A DNA stretch of 64,000 nucleotides, from positions 103,106,001-103,170,000 of the forward strand of contig OZ296651.1 in assembly GCA_965655095.1 (NCBI GenBank). Reading direction: 5' to 3'. The translations under genes and the position numbers were made by a program. Shown one piece after another: positions 52,270-64,000 of the stretch (position 1 is the first letter of the stretch; the number at the start of each line of letters is the position of its first letter). This DNA comes from Haplodiscus bocki (Eukaryota). The notes under the pieces were generated by a model that made no database searches, was not told the origin of the DNA, and saw nothing but the letters and a program-made list of their open reading frames with translations.

Positions 52270-53070
52270 ATGGCTAACTATGACTTCCAAAAAGCATTAA
52301 ATTTGATCGAAAATTCCAATTTAAAGGCAATTATGCAGCATTTACTTAAAAAATTAGAGGAGAAGGACGATCAAATTCGGTTATTAACCAACCGTGTGGT
52401 GGATTTGGAGCAGAGGGTGAATGAATGTGAGAAGTATTCTTCGAAAGATAGTATCATTTTTGACAATTTACCTCTGCGAAATGATAATACTCCTCTGTCT
52501 CACCAGGTATGTGACTTTCTTCAAAAATATTTGAACTTCACCACGCACCCACAAAATTTCAAAGCGTGCCATGTGTTGGGAAAGTGGAAGGACACAAATT
52601 CACCACCAGGAGTAATAATAAAGTTTTTGTACTACGGTGAAAAAAATGAAGTATTCGGTCGCAAATCTTGGTTGGCTGGGATCAGAAACCCTCTCAATGG
52701 GCGTCCAATATTCATGAAAGAACGGCTCCCCCCTCTTCAGCGAGAAATTAAAAAGGAAGCTGACCAACTTGGATTAATAACAACTACTATGAACTGTGAT
52801 GTTAAAGTTTTCAAAAAGTCAGATGACAATAAATTCATGCCCATTGTTGTGAATTCTTTGAAAGCTGTGCACGACATCAAAAACACTGCTGTTAAACGAG
52901 CTAACCGTGGAACAAAGGACAAACCGCCAGTCAATCACGCTCCCTTGCTTACATGTGGTACTTCAAAGCGTCCTCGCTGCTCCCCTGGTGATGGGAATAT
53001 TGAAAAATTTGCATGCTTCGAGAGTTCTACGAAAGCCAAAACGGATATCCATAATTGCGGTCAAACTTAA
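52270..53070 (+). CDS. LINE ORF1 (coiled coil plus RRM/CTD-type nucleic-acid-binding protein)
   Basis: Intact 266-aa ORF with heptad-like region, EKYSSKDSIIFDNLP, KACHVLG, VIIKF and IFMKERLPP; lies directly upstream of APE-RT. Confidence 0.85.
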   Translation: MANYDFQKALNLIENSNLKAIMQHLLKKLEEKDDQIRLLTNRVVDLEQRVNECEKYSSKDSIIFDNLPLRNDNTPLSHQVCDFLQKYLNFTTHPQNFKACHVLGKWKDTNSPPGVIIKFLYYGEKNEVFGRKSWLAGIRNPLNGRPIFMKERLPPLQREIKKEADQLGLITTTMNCDVKVFKKSDDNKFMPIVVNSLKAVHDIKNTAVKRANRGTKDKPPVNHAPLLTCGTSKRPRCSPGDGNIEKFACFESSTKAKTDIHNCGQT

Positions 53071-53207
53071 GATAAAGATTTTGATTTAACCTATAAGTGA
53101 ACGTAAACACGCTAATTTTATTTTACCAAAACTCTAACAAGTTTGACTGCAATCGGTATTACATCCAATTAACCAATCAAACTAAACTTAAACACATTTA
53201 TTTTCAA

Positions 53208-56050
53208 ATGTTTGGAAACCTAAAACATTGTTTTGATCCGATACTCAACAAAGACACCCTTTTTTTGAACAATATTAGGTCCTTAAAAAAAATTTCGACC
53301 AACTGGTATGTTTATTAGATAGTCTGCCTGAAAAACCAAAAATAGTCTGCTTATGCGAAACATGGCTGAAGGACGAAGACGAACTTGGCATGTATTGTAT
53401 TGATGGGTATGAGGTGCCAATAGTTAAAAACCGAAACGGGAAAAGAGGGTGCGGTCTTGCAATCTATATTCAAAGTAATATTCGTGTCAGTGTGTCAACT
53501 AGTTCAGCAGAAATTGAAAATATCGTAGTAAATTTGGAGAGTAAGAATGAATCTTTGATTGTTGCCCTGGTTTACCGCCCTCCTCATCAGCAAGTAAAAA
53601 AATTCTTAACTGAATTTGAGAAATTGTTAGATGAAAATCTTCTGAGAAAACATAATGTGATGATCTGTGGTGATTTCAACATTGATTCAACATCTAGTTC
53701 AAATAGTTATAGTGAATACCAAGAGTTGTTAACATCGTTCGGTTTGTCCCAAGTGAATGTGTTTCCAACAAAGGTAACAGAAGCTTCCAAAAAATGCATT
53801 GATCATATCCACACAAATTCTTCAACTAATCTAAAAAACGTAACATTGGAAATAGGAATTAGTGATCACTACCCTGTATTGACTGAGCTTCCTGGAAAAT
53901 GGTTATCCGCTAAAAATAATAACGACGTTTTTCAATACAGAAACCTGAAAGTCTTTGAAAATGACGAAATTGCTACCAAGTTTCTATTTCGATTATCTCA
54001 CGAGCTCGGAAAACTTAATCCAATCGACTTGGAAGATGAAATAAGATTACTAACCGCAACCATTCTAAATTGTCTGGATAGATTCTCGCCCTTAAAAATC
54101 AGAACAAAAAATTCTCCCAGGCAGTCTTGGGTGAATAAAAATGTCCTCAAAGCGATCGGAAACAGAGAAAAAGCTCGTCTAAAAAACATTAAAAGCCCAT
54201 CAGAAACTAACCAAAGAAAATATCAACATCTTCGAAATCTTGCCACGGTCGAAATTAGAAAAGCTAAATTCGAATTTTATGATAAACTATTAGGACGTAA
54301 TCCTACAACAAAAACCCTGTATGACGTATACAATCGTATACGTCACGGTGGAAAAAATAGTACTAAAGATGATCAAAATCTACAACCTGATGCATTAAAC
54401 AATTTTTTTACTAGCATTGGCCAGAAACTTGCAGAAAGTATTGACGGAAATGGTTTGCTAAAATACCGTGGCAAAAGAACATTAGAAACGTTCGTCCTTC
54501 AGCCAACTACAACCAACGAAGTAATGAAAGTGATTAGGCAAATATCCAATAAATCTTCCACTGCAGAAGATCAGCTGAGCAACAACGTTATTAAATTGTG
54601 TGGTCCCGTAATCTCACCGTAACTTTCCCGAATCTACAACGAATGTATTACAGAAGAAACCTTCCCGAAGGCTTGGAAAGTTTCCAGAATTTTTCCTATT
54701 TTCAAGTCAGGAGAAAGATCCTTACCCCAAAACTACCGCCCGATTAGTTTACTCAGCGCAATGAGCAAAATTTTGGAAAAAATTTTACATTCTAGAATGA
54801 TTAAATTTGTGGAAAAACATAAACTTTTGAGTTCCAATCAGTTCGGCTTCCGTCCCAAACAGAGTTGTGTGAATGCAATATCTGAACTTACTGAAGCGAT
54901 AAGAACTTCCGTTGACAAAAAAGAGTCAAGCTGTTTGTGCCTTCTTGATCTGCAGAAAGCATTCGACACTGTTGATCATACAATTCTGTTACATAAGCTC
55001 GCCATGATTGGGTTTAGGGGCAAAGTACTCAATTTTATTTCAAGCTACTTAGAAAATCGTCAACAATATGTTTCCTACAACAACAAGAGATCAAATTTAA
55101 AAACAATTGAGTATGGAGTTCCACAAGGCTCTGTACTTGGACCTTTATTATTCCTACTTTATATCAATGATCTTCCATCTGCCCTTCAAGATTGTAACAT
55201 GGTTCTTTATGCGGACGATACAAGTATCTTTTGTTCTGGGAAACAATGTGCTGAGAAAATGCAAAACTCACTGGACCAGGCAAGCACTTGGTTCAGTGAA
55301 AATAAATTGACAGTTAATCAACAAAAAAGTGAAATTTTAACGTTTGGAAAAATAAATAGCCTCTCACTGCGGTCTTATGACTTCAAAAACTCTGAAACCT
55401 GTAAATACTTAGGAATAATCATCGATAAGAAACTTACATTTGTGGACCATATTAAAAAAGTACGACTGAAATTATCGCAATTTTGCGGAATAGTTTTTAA
55501 GGTAAGACATTACTTTTCACGTAAACAATTAATAATGCTATACCACTCTTTTGCAGTTTCCGTAATACAATATGGTGTTTTAATTTATGGTTGTACCTAT
55601 AAATCTCATCTGAATGAGATATTAAAACTTCAACGTAGAATCATTCGAGCAATATTTTATCTAAGGAAAACAGACTCATTAGAGCATATTATACAAGTTA
55701 ACAAACTTTTCACTGTATTTGAACTTCATGTGCGAGAAGTGTTTCGAGAAGTTTTTACGAACTTAAGACAAGGAACATTTTGGACAAAATACAATTTCAC
55801 TTCAGATAGCAGTCAAAAACAAACTCGATCTGTATCAAAAGGACAATTGAAGATGATATCTTCTCGAAGTAATGTTCGTAAACATTCCATAGCTAATAAA
55901 GTAGTCAAAGCATATAATATCCTTCAAGAATGCGACTTAGACGTTACAAAATATCGTGATTTATCTGAAGGGGCCTTTAGAGTTTTTTTCAAGAAATTTT
56001 TCGAAAATTATATAGTCGGTGCATCCGATCTCATTGATCTGTTTTTTTAA
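53208..56050 (+). pseudogene. LINE ORF2, AP endonuclease plus reverse transcriptase; one frameshift and one premature stop
   Basis: NIRSL, CETWL, YRPP, GDFNID, IDHI, SDHYP, NYRPISLL, QFGFR, DLQKAFD, GVPQGSVLGP, YADD, KYLG. Frameshift in the A8 run at 53285-53292; in-frame TAA at 54620-54622. Confidence 0.92.
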
Positions 56051-57039
56051 AAAGTTGGGTTTCGGATCCTATATGAATTCTAATAATATCACACTTAGGT
56101 TTCCAAGGGGGGCCACTCGACGAGAATTTATTCTCTTTGGTCCTCCATGTTGTTGACTAATTTACCAATAATTTGTAAACTAAATAGTGTTCCTGTAACA
56201 AAGTCATCAACTAAACTAAATTCAATTCAATTCAATTCAATTCAGCTTGAGAGGCAGTGTATGCGGCTGGGTGACTTGAGAAGGTTGCTCACCGGTTTCT
56301 GCATCTGTGAGGCAAGCAGACGTTATACCTCAGCTTCGATGAAAGTAAGCCTTCTATCGAACGTTCAAGTCCAACGCTGAGCATTATTTCAAAAAAGGGA
56401 CAAATATCTGCTGAAGAGCTCGGACGGCTGATTCAAAGTAATTTTTCCACTTTGCAGTTGTTCAAACGAGACTTCAGATTAATGAGTTTGATCTCTGTGT
56501 AGTTATATTGCTGAGTACAGGGAATTGCGGCTGTATAGCATCAAAAAACTTCCGAGCATTCTGTTGCTTCGTTGTTCAAAACTTGTTCCTCCACGCGATG
56601 CACCAAATAGTTTGATAACAAATGGAGCCGCTTCATTGTCTCCGAAAAATCTTGCAAGCCTCGATAATTAGCTTTTGCTTAAGTCTGTTTCTAGAGCTAA
56701 TAGTGGTCATGAGGTTTTGAATGCGTGCAAGCGCTGTGGATACCTTGCTGTCTCGCCGTCATCAAAAGACCAGGTATTCTCAGAGAAAGAAAGCAGAGCT
56801 CCACAACAAATTCCGATCTGTCAGTAGAGATCAAAAGTAAGAATTATAGAACAGAACTCTTGAGACAGTTATACAGTTGAAAACTTGTTGTGAGATGTGA
56901 TTGACACTTTTAAAAAAACTACACCGACTGTCAATCGAACGTTTGTTTGGGAAAAAAGAATTGAGACCATTTATATTTCCTTCAAGTGTTACTGCAACGA
57001 GTTCGCGCTCTTTTTTTGGCGCATGTAAATCTGAAGAGA

Positions 57040-57160
57040 TAAAAAAGTAACGCCCTATGGAATACAACCTATAAACAATTGACGGAAGCTGGTTCCAAGT
57101 TTTGATAGATTCATACAAAAATGATCCAATGCTTTCCATCCGGTTTTATTCACGTAACTT
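57040..57160 (-). mobile_element. Possible 3' fragment of another LINE ORF2
   Basis: GSFLYESIKTWNQLPSIV matches the SF.Y...K.WN.LP terminal motif of CR1/L2-group ORF2. Confidence 0.35.
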
Positions 57161-57324
57161 GCCCTAAAACTACGGACAACTGGAAGTTCAGATTCAGAAA
57201 AAAAAACGATAATTGAATTTCAATTTAAATTTTTTGCGGAAGTTTTATTATACATGAAAAAGAAATCAATTTTAGGCCGTTTTCCGTTATTTTGTCACAA
57301 AGTTTCACTGAAAAAGTAGTCTAT

Positions 57325-57826
57325 CTTCCGGGATAAATTACTACGACGTAGCTTTGTACCCCAGTTCTTCCACAGATAAAGCTCGTAGCTCGATCTTGTT
57401 GAAAATTCAATGCATCCAGACATGTCTCTTATTGACAGTGCCCTGAACCAATGGACAGACCTTATCAAGAATACCTCGCACCACGTCGGAACATTTTGCG
57501 ACAAAAACCTCTTTTCGTTATGATTGGTTTTTTCCAAAACAGAAATGTAGACATAACCTATTAGTAGCTTCCGAATTGACCATTTTGTATTAGTTCAGAT
57601 AACGGCAATAATGATCTACTTCAAAAAAATGAGATACAGTAATTTTTGGAAAAAATTTGTCACACTTTGAATTTTTCATCAGCTCGGCCCAGGAGTTACC
57701 TAATAAATCCATAGATGCGGCCTACTAATGTATCCCTGTGCCCCTACTAAGGCATCTCTGTTTCTTCTGTACCTATCCTTGTCTTACGAAGAATGCCCTG
57801 CTCCATCACTGATTGGTAAGCCCAGC
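57325..57826. mobile_element. Diverged copy of the 7818-8549 MITE
   Basis: Shared blocks AGATAAA.C.CGTAGC..GATCTTGT, GGCCCAGG, TACTAAG.CATC.CTG and AAGAATGCCCTG in the same order. Confidence 0.55.
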
Positions 57827-60114
57827 TTTTAACCAAAACTTTTCCACACGCAGAAAAATCGTTCTTTTTTGTTCAATTTATGAAGGACACTAAAACCTGA
57901 GCTGACATACGATAGTCAGTTCCAACAAAGAGTACCCAGTCCTGTGCTGCTGCTCTGTCACCTTCACTAATGACAAAAAAATCAGTCATCATGCAAAAAG
58001 CATCTGCAAACCGTCAAAGCACTGATCTCTTGTGCGTAGGACAGAAAACCGAAAACGAAATGGGAGAAGCCAAGCTCTCAACACCTGCAAACACAATACT
58101 ATCAAGAAAAGATACAACATATGGTCACCAAAACACTTTCACACAAACTGTAAAAATTTGAACTGCCAAACGTTGGAAAACGTTCAGCTGTAGCTGTAAA
58201 ATGTTTGGAAATTTGAAAGCAAAATTACAGTGCTTTACAAACGGTGTGTGAAAGAACTACATGAAAACCAGCATTAAGATGGGAATGTCACAAACCACAC
58301 CCCTCGAGCATTGTATTAAAACAAAATTTAGGAAACCGGTCTTGCAAATAGTTTTTTCAAGGTCAGAAAAGGAAAGAAATAGCGCAGACAGAAAAATAAT
58401 AAATGAAAATAAAATAAGTTAGATAATTAGAATAATTCAAGATCAGATTTGTCGCATTGCTAGCAGCAGCATAAGTGAAAGAAATTTAGTGAGGCGCGCA
58501 CTAAAAATTTCATAGGAAAAAAATCCAAAACGTCGTGAAAGCATCTTTTTTTACAATATGATGACCAGGTGGTGATTACCTATAGAGCTATCGGTGATTT
58601 TGTAGAAAAAAATTGTCATTGTCAATTCCGAAAAAAAATAAAACGAAACCAACAAAAACCAAAAACTTACTACCATCAAAAAACCCTTGATGCTCTGAAT
58701 TTCAGACATTTGCAAAACATCGGTGCTCTGAGATAACATAGCTTGGGCACTTTTCATAAGCGCAGGGATAGTTTGTTAGGTATCATGGATGCAACTTAGT
58801 CAGTTATTGCGGGTACCAAAGATGCATTCCTCCGTCCTTGGGAAATTATCCGTAACTCCCGAGTAACGGAGCCCTGTCTTGCTGAGAATAGACCCCGGAC
58901 AAGTACAGGTAGGAGACGCTTGAACTTTCTTGAAAAATCACGGGAATTTTGGGGTGTCAGCAATGGCGTTTCCAAAAACGTTCTTATAAGATGAAATCCG
59001 TTCAGTTAGGATGGCAACAGTTCAAGGCTTCACAATGATATCACCACTTATATATTGAAATCGTTTCGGTTCAACTCCATTCACATTTTTCAAAGCTCAA
59101 AAGAAATTCTAAATCAATGACTTTAATAAATACTAACGAACTTTAACTACGTTGGAGTATTGGGGTTAAGTGAATATTACCAGTGGGCATTGACTAAACT
59201 GATGACATTAGTGTAATTTCATCATGAAGAAAGAGAATTTCTTTGATTTTGCTTTTTTAGGAGCCACTTGGTCAATACATTGATGCAAGTAGATGAAACT
59301 TGGTGTCGTTTCCTATTCTTTTCTTCCGGCTAAAATGTAATTGCTATAGGTGTATGCCAGGTGCTTGGAGTTCCATGTGGGTTAAGTACACTCTGTGTTG
59401 TAACCAATGCCGGTAAATGAGGGTGGAATGGTGTACCTTGTGTGAAGCACTGGGTCCGGGATTTGTTGAACGTACATCAATTTTCATTAGCGAATCAAGT
59501 CAAAACCATGATACAGTTGGTCGATAACCAGATGACCAAAAATGGCGTGGTGTTGCATGTGTTGGTTTTCTCCGAACCGAACCAAACGAGCCTTAAATCA
59601 ATGAAATCCGTGTGACAGTAAATGTTCCAGTCACTTGACACAAATGCTAGAATTGACGTGTTTTGCTTGTTTGGGAGAGATTTAAGAGTCTGTTAGGGTT
59701 TTTCACAATTGAAGGAAATGCGAGTAACATTGACCGCCAATGTTATTGCGGAATAGCTCCTCCTACTACTGCTCTTGGAATACTAGCATGGATTGTTTTG
59801 GACATTTGCAGTACTTTTCTTAGCTCTGAAGCTCTTCATCTAAACTGGGCAGCTCTTGTGCCTTGAAATTATCTCATTGTCATTGCTCCAGTTGAATTCA
59901 AACTAAATTGAGGGGGTGGTTTCATGCAACGACCGTGTCCGAGTTTTTCAAATTAGAATCGGCATGGCTTACAAACAAGCCTCCCGTAAACTTTCCGGGT
60001 GAAGGATTGAGACCGCCTCTCTTGTTTCTAGTACAAACTGGAATAAGGACATACGGTCTTGTACGTAACTCTCCCCACACTGCCTCGTTCTTCATGCTTC
60101 AGTGCAACCATATT

Positions 60115-60900
60115 AGTAGTAGATGTCGGAGCTGATCAGACGGGGGGGGTGGAGGTCCCTCATGTTTTAAGATAGGCTATAGGAGCCGAGAGCCGAGAAG
60201 GGACATCCGGCCACGAATTAAGATAGGGTATAGTTCGGCAATGTATTAAGATATGGAGCCGAGAGCCGAAAGCCGACTCAATGTATTAAGGTAGGTAATG
60301 CATGTATTAAGATATGGAGCCGAGAGCCGGAAGCCGACTCAATGTATTAAGATAGGTAATGCATGTATCAAGATATGGAGCCAACTCAATGTATTAAGAT
60401 TGCATGTATTAAGATATGGAGCCGAGTCAATGTATTAGGATAGGTAATGCATGTATTAAGATATGGAGCCGAAAGCCGACTCAATGTATTAAGATAGGCG
60501 ATGCATGTATTAAGATATGGAGCCGAAAGTCGACTCAATGTGTTAAGATATGCAATGCATGTATTAGGATATGGAGCCGAGAGCCGAAAGCCGAGTCGAA
60601 GTATTAAGATAGGTAATGCATGTATTAGGATATGGAATAGGGTCTTTTCGGCACTGTGCGACAATTTTCAGCAATGTGAGATTTTTTCGAAAAAAATCAA
60701 AAAATTTTGGCTGGCCCGCCCGCGCGTATAATTATTACGCCTGCGGATATTTAATACGCCTGCGGATATTTTATTACGCGTGCGGATACTGCTTTGACTT
60801 AATGCTATGCAAAAAAATTGTGGTGAACTTTAAAAGAGGTAATAAGAATGTATAAAAATGGACAAAAAACATGATATAAACTGCACAATTACATACAAAG
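60115..60900 (+). repeat. Left terminal inverted repeat of a second Maverick-family element
   Basis: Starts AGTAGTAG; ATGTATTAAGAT-based array 60215-60635; 3x TGCGGATA at 60740-60790; homologous to the reverse complement of 5070-5742. Confidence 0.85.
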
Positions 60901-60927
60901 ATTACATGTAATTACGTATGAAAGAGA

Positions 60928-61230
60928 CTACATTAACATCGTGAATCGTGAACCCCTGACTTCCTGTCGATACTTGAAGAGATGAAAAGCTGCATATATT
61001 GTATAGAAGCCGCATAAACTTGGGTGTGACTGTAGGGGTGCTGACATCATCTGTTTATAGTGTGTCTTGAGGAAACTGTACTTTTTACGACCAAGAGAGA
61101 CTGCAAAATAGAATTCATGTCGGAAATTTGCAATCATGATCCAATGTTCACCTTGCATAATGCTGGGTTGCCTATTGATAGTAGCAAAAGTGCCATTATC
61201 GAGAGTTGGAACATAATCCGAGGGAACTCA
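60928..61230 (-). pseudogene. Maverick adenain-like cysteine protease remnant
   Basis: FPSDYVPTLDNGTFATIN..GEHWIMIA..FAVSLG..PLQSHPSLCGFY keeps the adenain His, Gln and Cys; the expected catalytic Asp (FADSLG) reads Val; 5' part lost. Confidence 0.75.
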
Positions 61231-62639
61231 TATATGAAAGACCGCAAAAGTAATAATCTACCTCAAGAGAGAAAGGCTAGGCATAAAAGAATTTGTCAAT
61301 CACTTTCTGTTACGCCTGCGTTCGTCCGCTTGCGGCTCTTTTATACTGTTTTGACCTAATGTTATGTAAAAAGACTGAATTTAAGCTCAAAAAATTAGTT
61401 AGAGAGTACATTTGTTAACAAAAACCTTGTATACACCGCACGTTTAAACTCACGCAGACTCCAAAAAAGATGATTTTTCACGCATCCACCTATATTGTAC
61501 GCCTGCAGGTGCTCATTTGCTACGTCAACACACGTTTTCAGCGAATTATCAATAAAATTTTTAAAAATTCCGGGATTGAGTGTTGTCTCTGATCCGCGCA
61601 ATGTACTGAGACACAAGCAAGGACGTCTGACATTGTAAAAACTTGGGTTTTTATTTTGCTCAATGTAGAATGATGGAATTTTATAGATAATTTTGTGTTT
61701 TGCAACATTTTACGTTCAATTAAAGCCACACTTCGTGAACTAGAAAAAGCATTGTTCACCCGGCGCAACTCTTGTTCCGATGTTTACCATCATCACTCCT
61801 GGTCATTATACTCACAGTAACCAATCAAAGGCATTTCTTGCTGAATGAAACTTGAAGGAAAATTACGAGACAAATTGGATTTGATAAACAAAAGTGGTTG
61901 TATGAGTGTTACAGGTCACAATCAAACACTCAGTTATATATGGCATGTAATTGGTGTATGTTCTAAATTGCATAAGGCTTTGCATGACTATTGTCCCTGT
62001 AACATGTCTAATCAATTAGTCATGGGAGTTGTTTTTACTTGTTTCTGCTTGAAAAACTACCAAAAACACACTTTTGCGTTACAGCATGACCATTAAGTAG
62101 GACTTTTGTGTCGACGAGTCACTCAACTGGCAAAATTGACTTGAACGCACAGCAACAGAGTCTGCATGACTGTAAGATATCAGAACAACTTTGTGAAAGT
62201 TCACAGGTGAACTGCGTTTTTAGGCTTTTGTGGGTTTTTCAACACATATCATGGAGTTTCAGCACAAACAGGCGTACAAAATGGTTCAAACAGGAGTCTT
62301 AGTTGGAAAATCAAAGAACATGAAGCCATATCAGCCAGTATTTTTTTCACTTTGGTAGCAATATGCTTCAAGCTAAATGATGAACTCATGTGTCTTACGG
62401 CTTCTCCTAATTGGAATGTCAAACAACGCGGAGAGTGTATGCAGGAAGGACAGCGAAAAATTGAGGCGACCGGCTCTTCACTCTTTCATTTTACCTTGAG
62501 GAACAAAATGGGCTCGGATTGCACGTCCTGATACACTGACGGACTCATACATTCGGTTTCGGCCGGAAGCCCAACCCTATCTCAATTCGAAGACTCGGAC
62601 ACCCAAATCCAAACTCATTATTTCTGCATTACTGAAGCA

Positions 62640-63052
62640 TACCATGTCCTAATACATTGGTTGGTAGTGTACGCTATCTTAATATTTTGCTGAAGTACAG
62701 CCTGTTTTATTACATTGTTGAGTTTTACCCAAAACTTTTACATTGCTGAGCTATACCCAATCCTAACACATTGTTAAGATATAGCCTATCTTACTACACT
62801 GCTGAGCATTTTCCAATTTCAATACACACTGAGCTATACCCAATCCTAACACCTCGTTGAGGTATACCAAATATTAATACATTGCTGAGTTATACCCGAT
62901 CCTAGTACCTTGTCGTACCATGGCTGATCATAACATACGGCTGTCAGCTTGCGCGAAACGTTTTCGACAGCCAATCAAAACCGTATATTTCGTCACCCAA
63001 TAGCACAATCAAAAATCAACCTGATTAAATTACAACCAGACAACCTAATACT
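62640..63052 (-). repeat. Older, degraded Maverick TIR-like end
   Basis: ~30-bp CC.ATC(C/T)TAATACATTG-like units, then CAGCCAATCA...CGTCACCC as at 5590-5620, ending CTAATACT. Confidence 0.5.
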
Positions 63053-64000
63053 TACATGTACGTATAATGTCACAAATTCAAAACCATTGCCATAAAAGGA
63101 ATTCCTGTAGACCAATCATCATGCAATAACTTCAACCAGCTAATACACGAGTATCAAGTATGAAAAACAGATCCGTAAGTGGTTTGAAGCGAGAAACGAT
63201 CAACGTACAGCGAGAAAAGCATGGAGAAGCTACATGGTTGATTGATATTTGATTAAATTGGACTTAACCTGTGACAGGAAGCCGCTTCTATTTGTAGACA
63301 TTAACCCGACCGGCTTGAACCACACAATTTGGAAATAGTACAATATGTGTTCTTACCGGTCAAAATAGAAGAGTTCGTACACTCAATGGAGGCGACAAAG
63401 ATGAATGGATAGATAACTAGGGTTAGAATTGTTTGAAGGGTGCTTTGTAACTTGTTACTTGCCAGAGACTAAATTCCAGCTTCGAGGAGAAGTTAATTGT
63501 TCAAAAGCACCTGACAGTTGTCAACGAAAAGTGCAGGCAAGTTTCAACGCTCATTCGAGAAAACTAAAGAAGTAAAGAGAGGTAAGTCTGGGAAGTTGTT
63601 GAGAAATTGGGACATAAGTGAAATGAATTGTCTCTGTTGAACATCTCCTCTTAAGCCGTCAAAAAAGGCCTATTCTAGTTTGTGTTGCACATTTTTCACT
63701 AGTCTCTTTTTGCTGGGTTAGAGGGAAGAAATTTGAGTTATAGTAGTATAACAGAAGTTTCTGAAGTAAACGTAAAAGTTGTAACAACTTGACTGAACCA
63801 ATGAAAAAGAAAAATGGCGAAAAAGTGTAGCAAGTGCTACTCTTTACTTTATACCATATATGGAAAGACCACAAAAGGAAAGACCAGACATAAAAGGAAA
63901 GACCAACCGTAACGGGAGCTGTCAATCAGTTTTTTTTGTTTCAAAAACCGACTATATACATATAAAAACTAGTTAAATGGATGAAAGAGTTTGTATGTCA

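Larger units (their letters stand above)
51800..56244 (+). mobile_element. Near full-length non-LTR retrotransposon, CR1/L2-group (Crack/Daphne-like)
   Basis: ORF1 plus APE-RT ORF2, short 3' UTR with GAGAAT-TT-ATTCTC stem-loop (~56122-56135) and (TTCAA)n tail 56221-56244; 5' boundary approximate. Confidence 0.9.

Noticed and set aside
60215-60635. CRISPR-like repeat-spacer array (also considered for 5365-5560 and 44903-45402)
   Set aside because: Spacers are themselves repeats of one another, there are no cas genes, and the context is a eukaryotic transposon.
5070-60900. One giant element bounded by the two Maverick TIRs
   Set aside because: The termini face the wrong way (a right end at 5742, a left end at 60115), so the 54 kb between them is outside both elements; they also differ in internal modules.

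Overview
AT-rich, repeat-dense eukaryotic (metazoan, probably invertebrate) genomic DNA. One host gene is recognisable: a minus-strand MORN1-like gene with three GT-AG exons that join in frame (27048-26776, 21475-20868, 11447-10997; first coding exon not found). Its introns are filled with transposon debris. The window opens inside a decayed Maverick/Polinton (pPolB pseudogene 773-5069, then a ~670 bp TIR ending ...CTACTACT at 5742). It closes with a second related Maverick terminus (AGTAGTAG at 60115) next to an adenain-type protease remnant. Also present: a near-intact CR1/L2-group LINE (~51800-56244), decayed Gypsy gag and pol, a long-LTR element with a tRNA-Asn-type PBS and 5-bp TSD, several MITEs and tandem arrays. 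The most notable structures are two inverted multi-kb LTR copies bracketing one MORN1 exon, palindrome-cored tandem arrays flanked by duplicated promoter-like cassettes, and the Maverick end architecture. All calls come from reading by eye; no searches or alignments were run, and boundaries of decayed elements are approximate.
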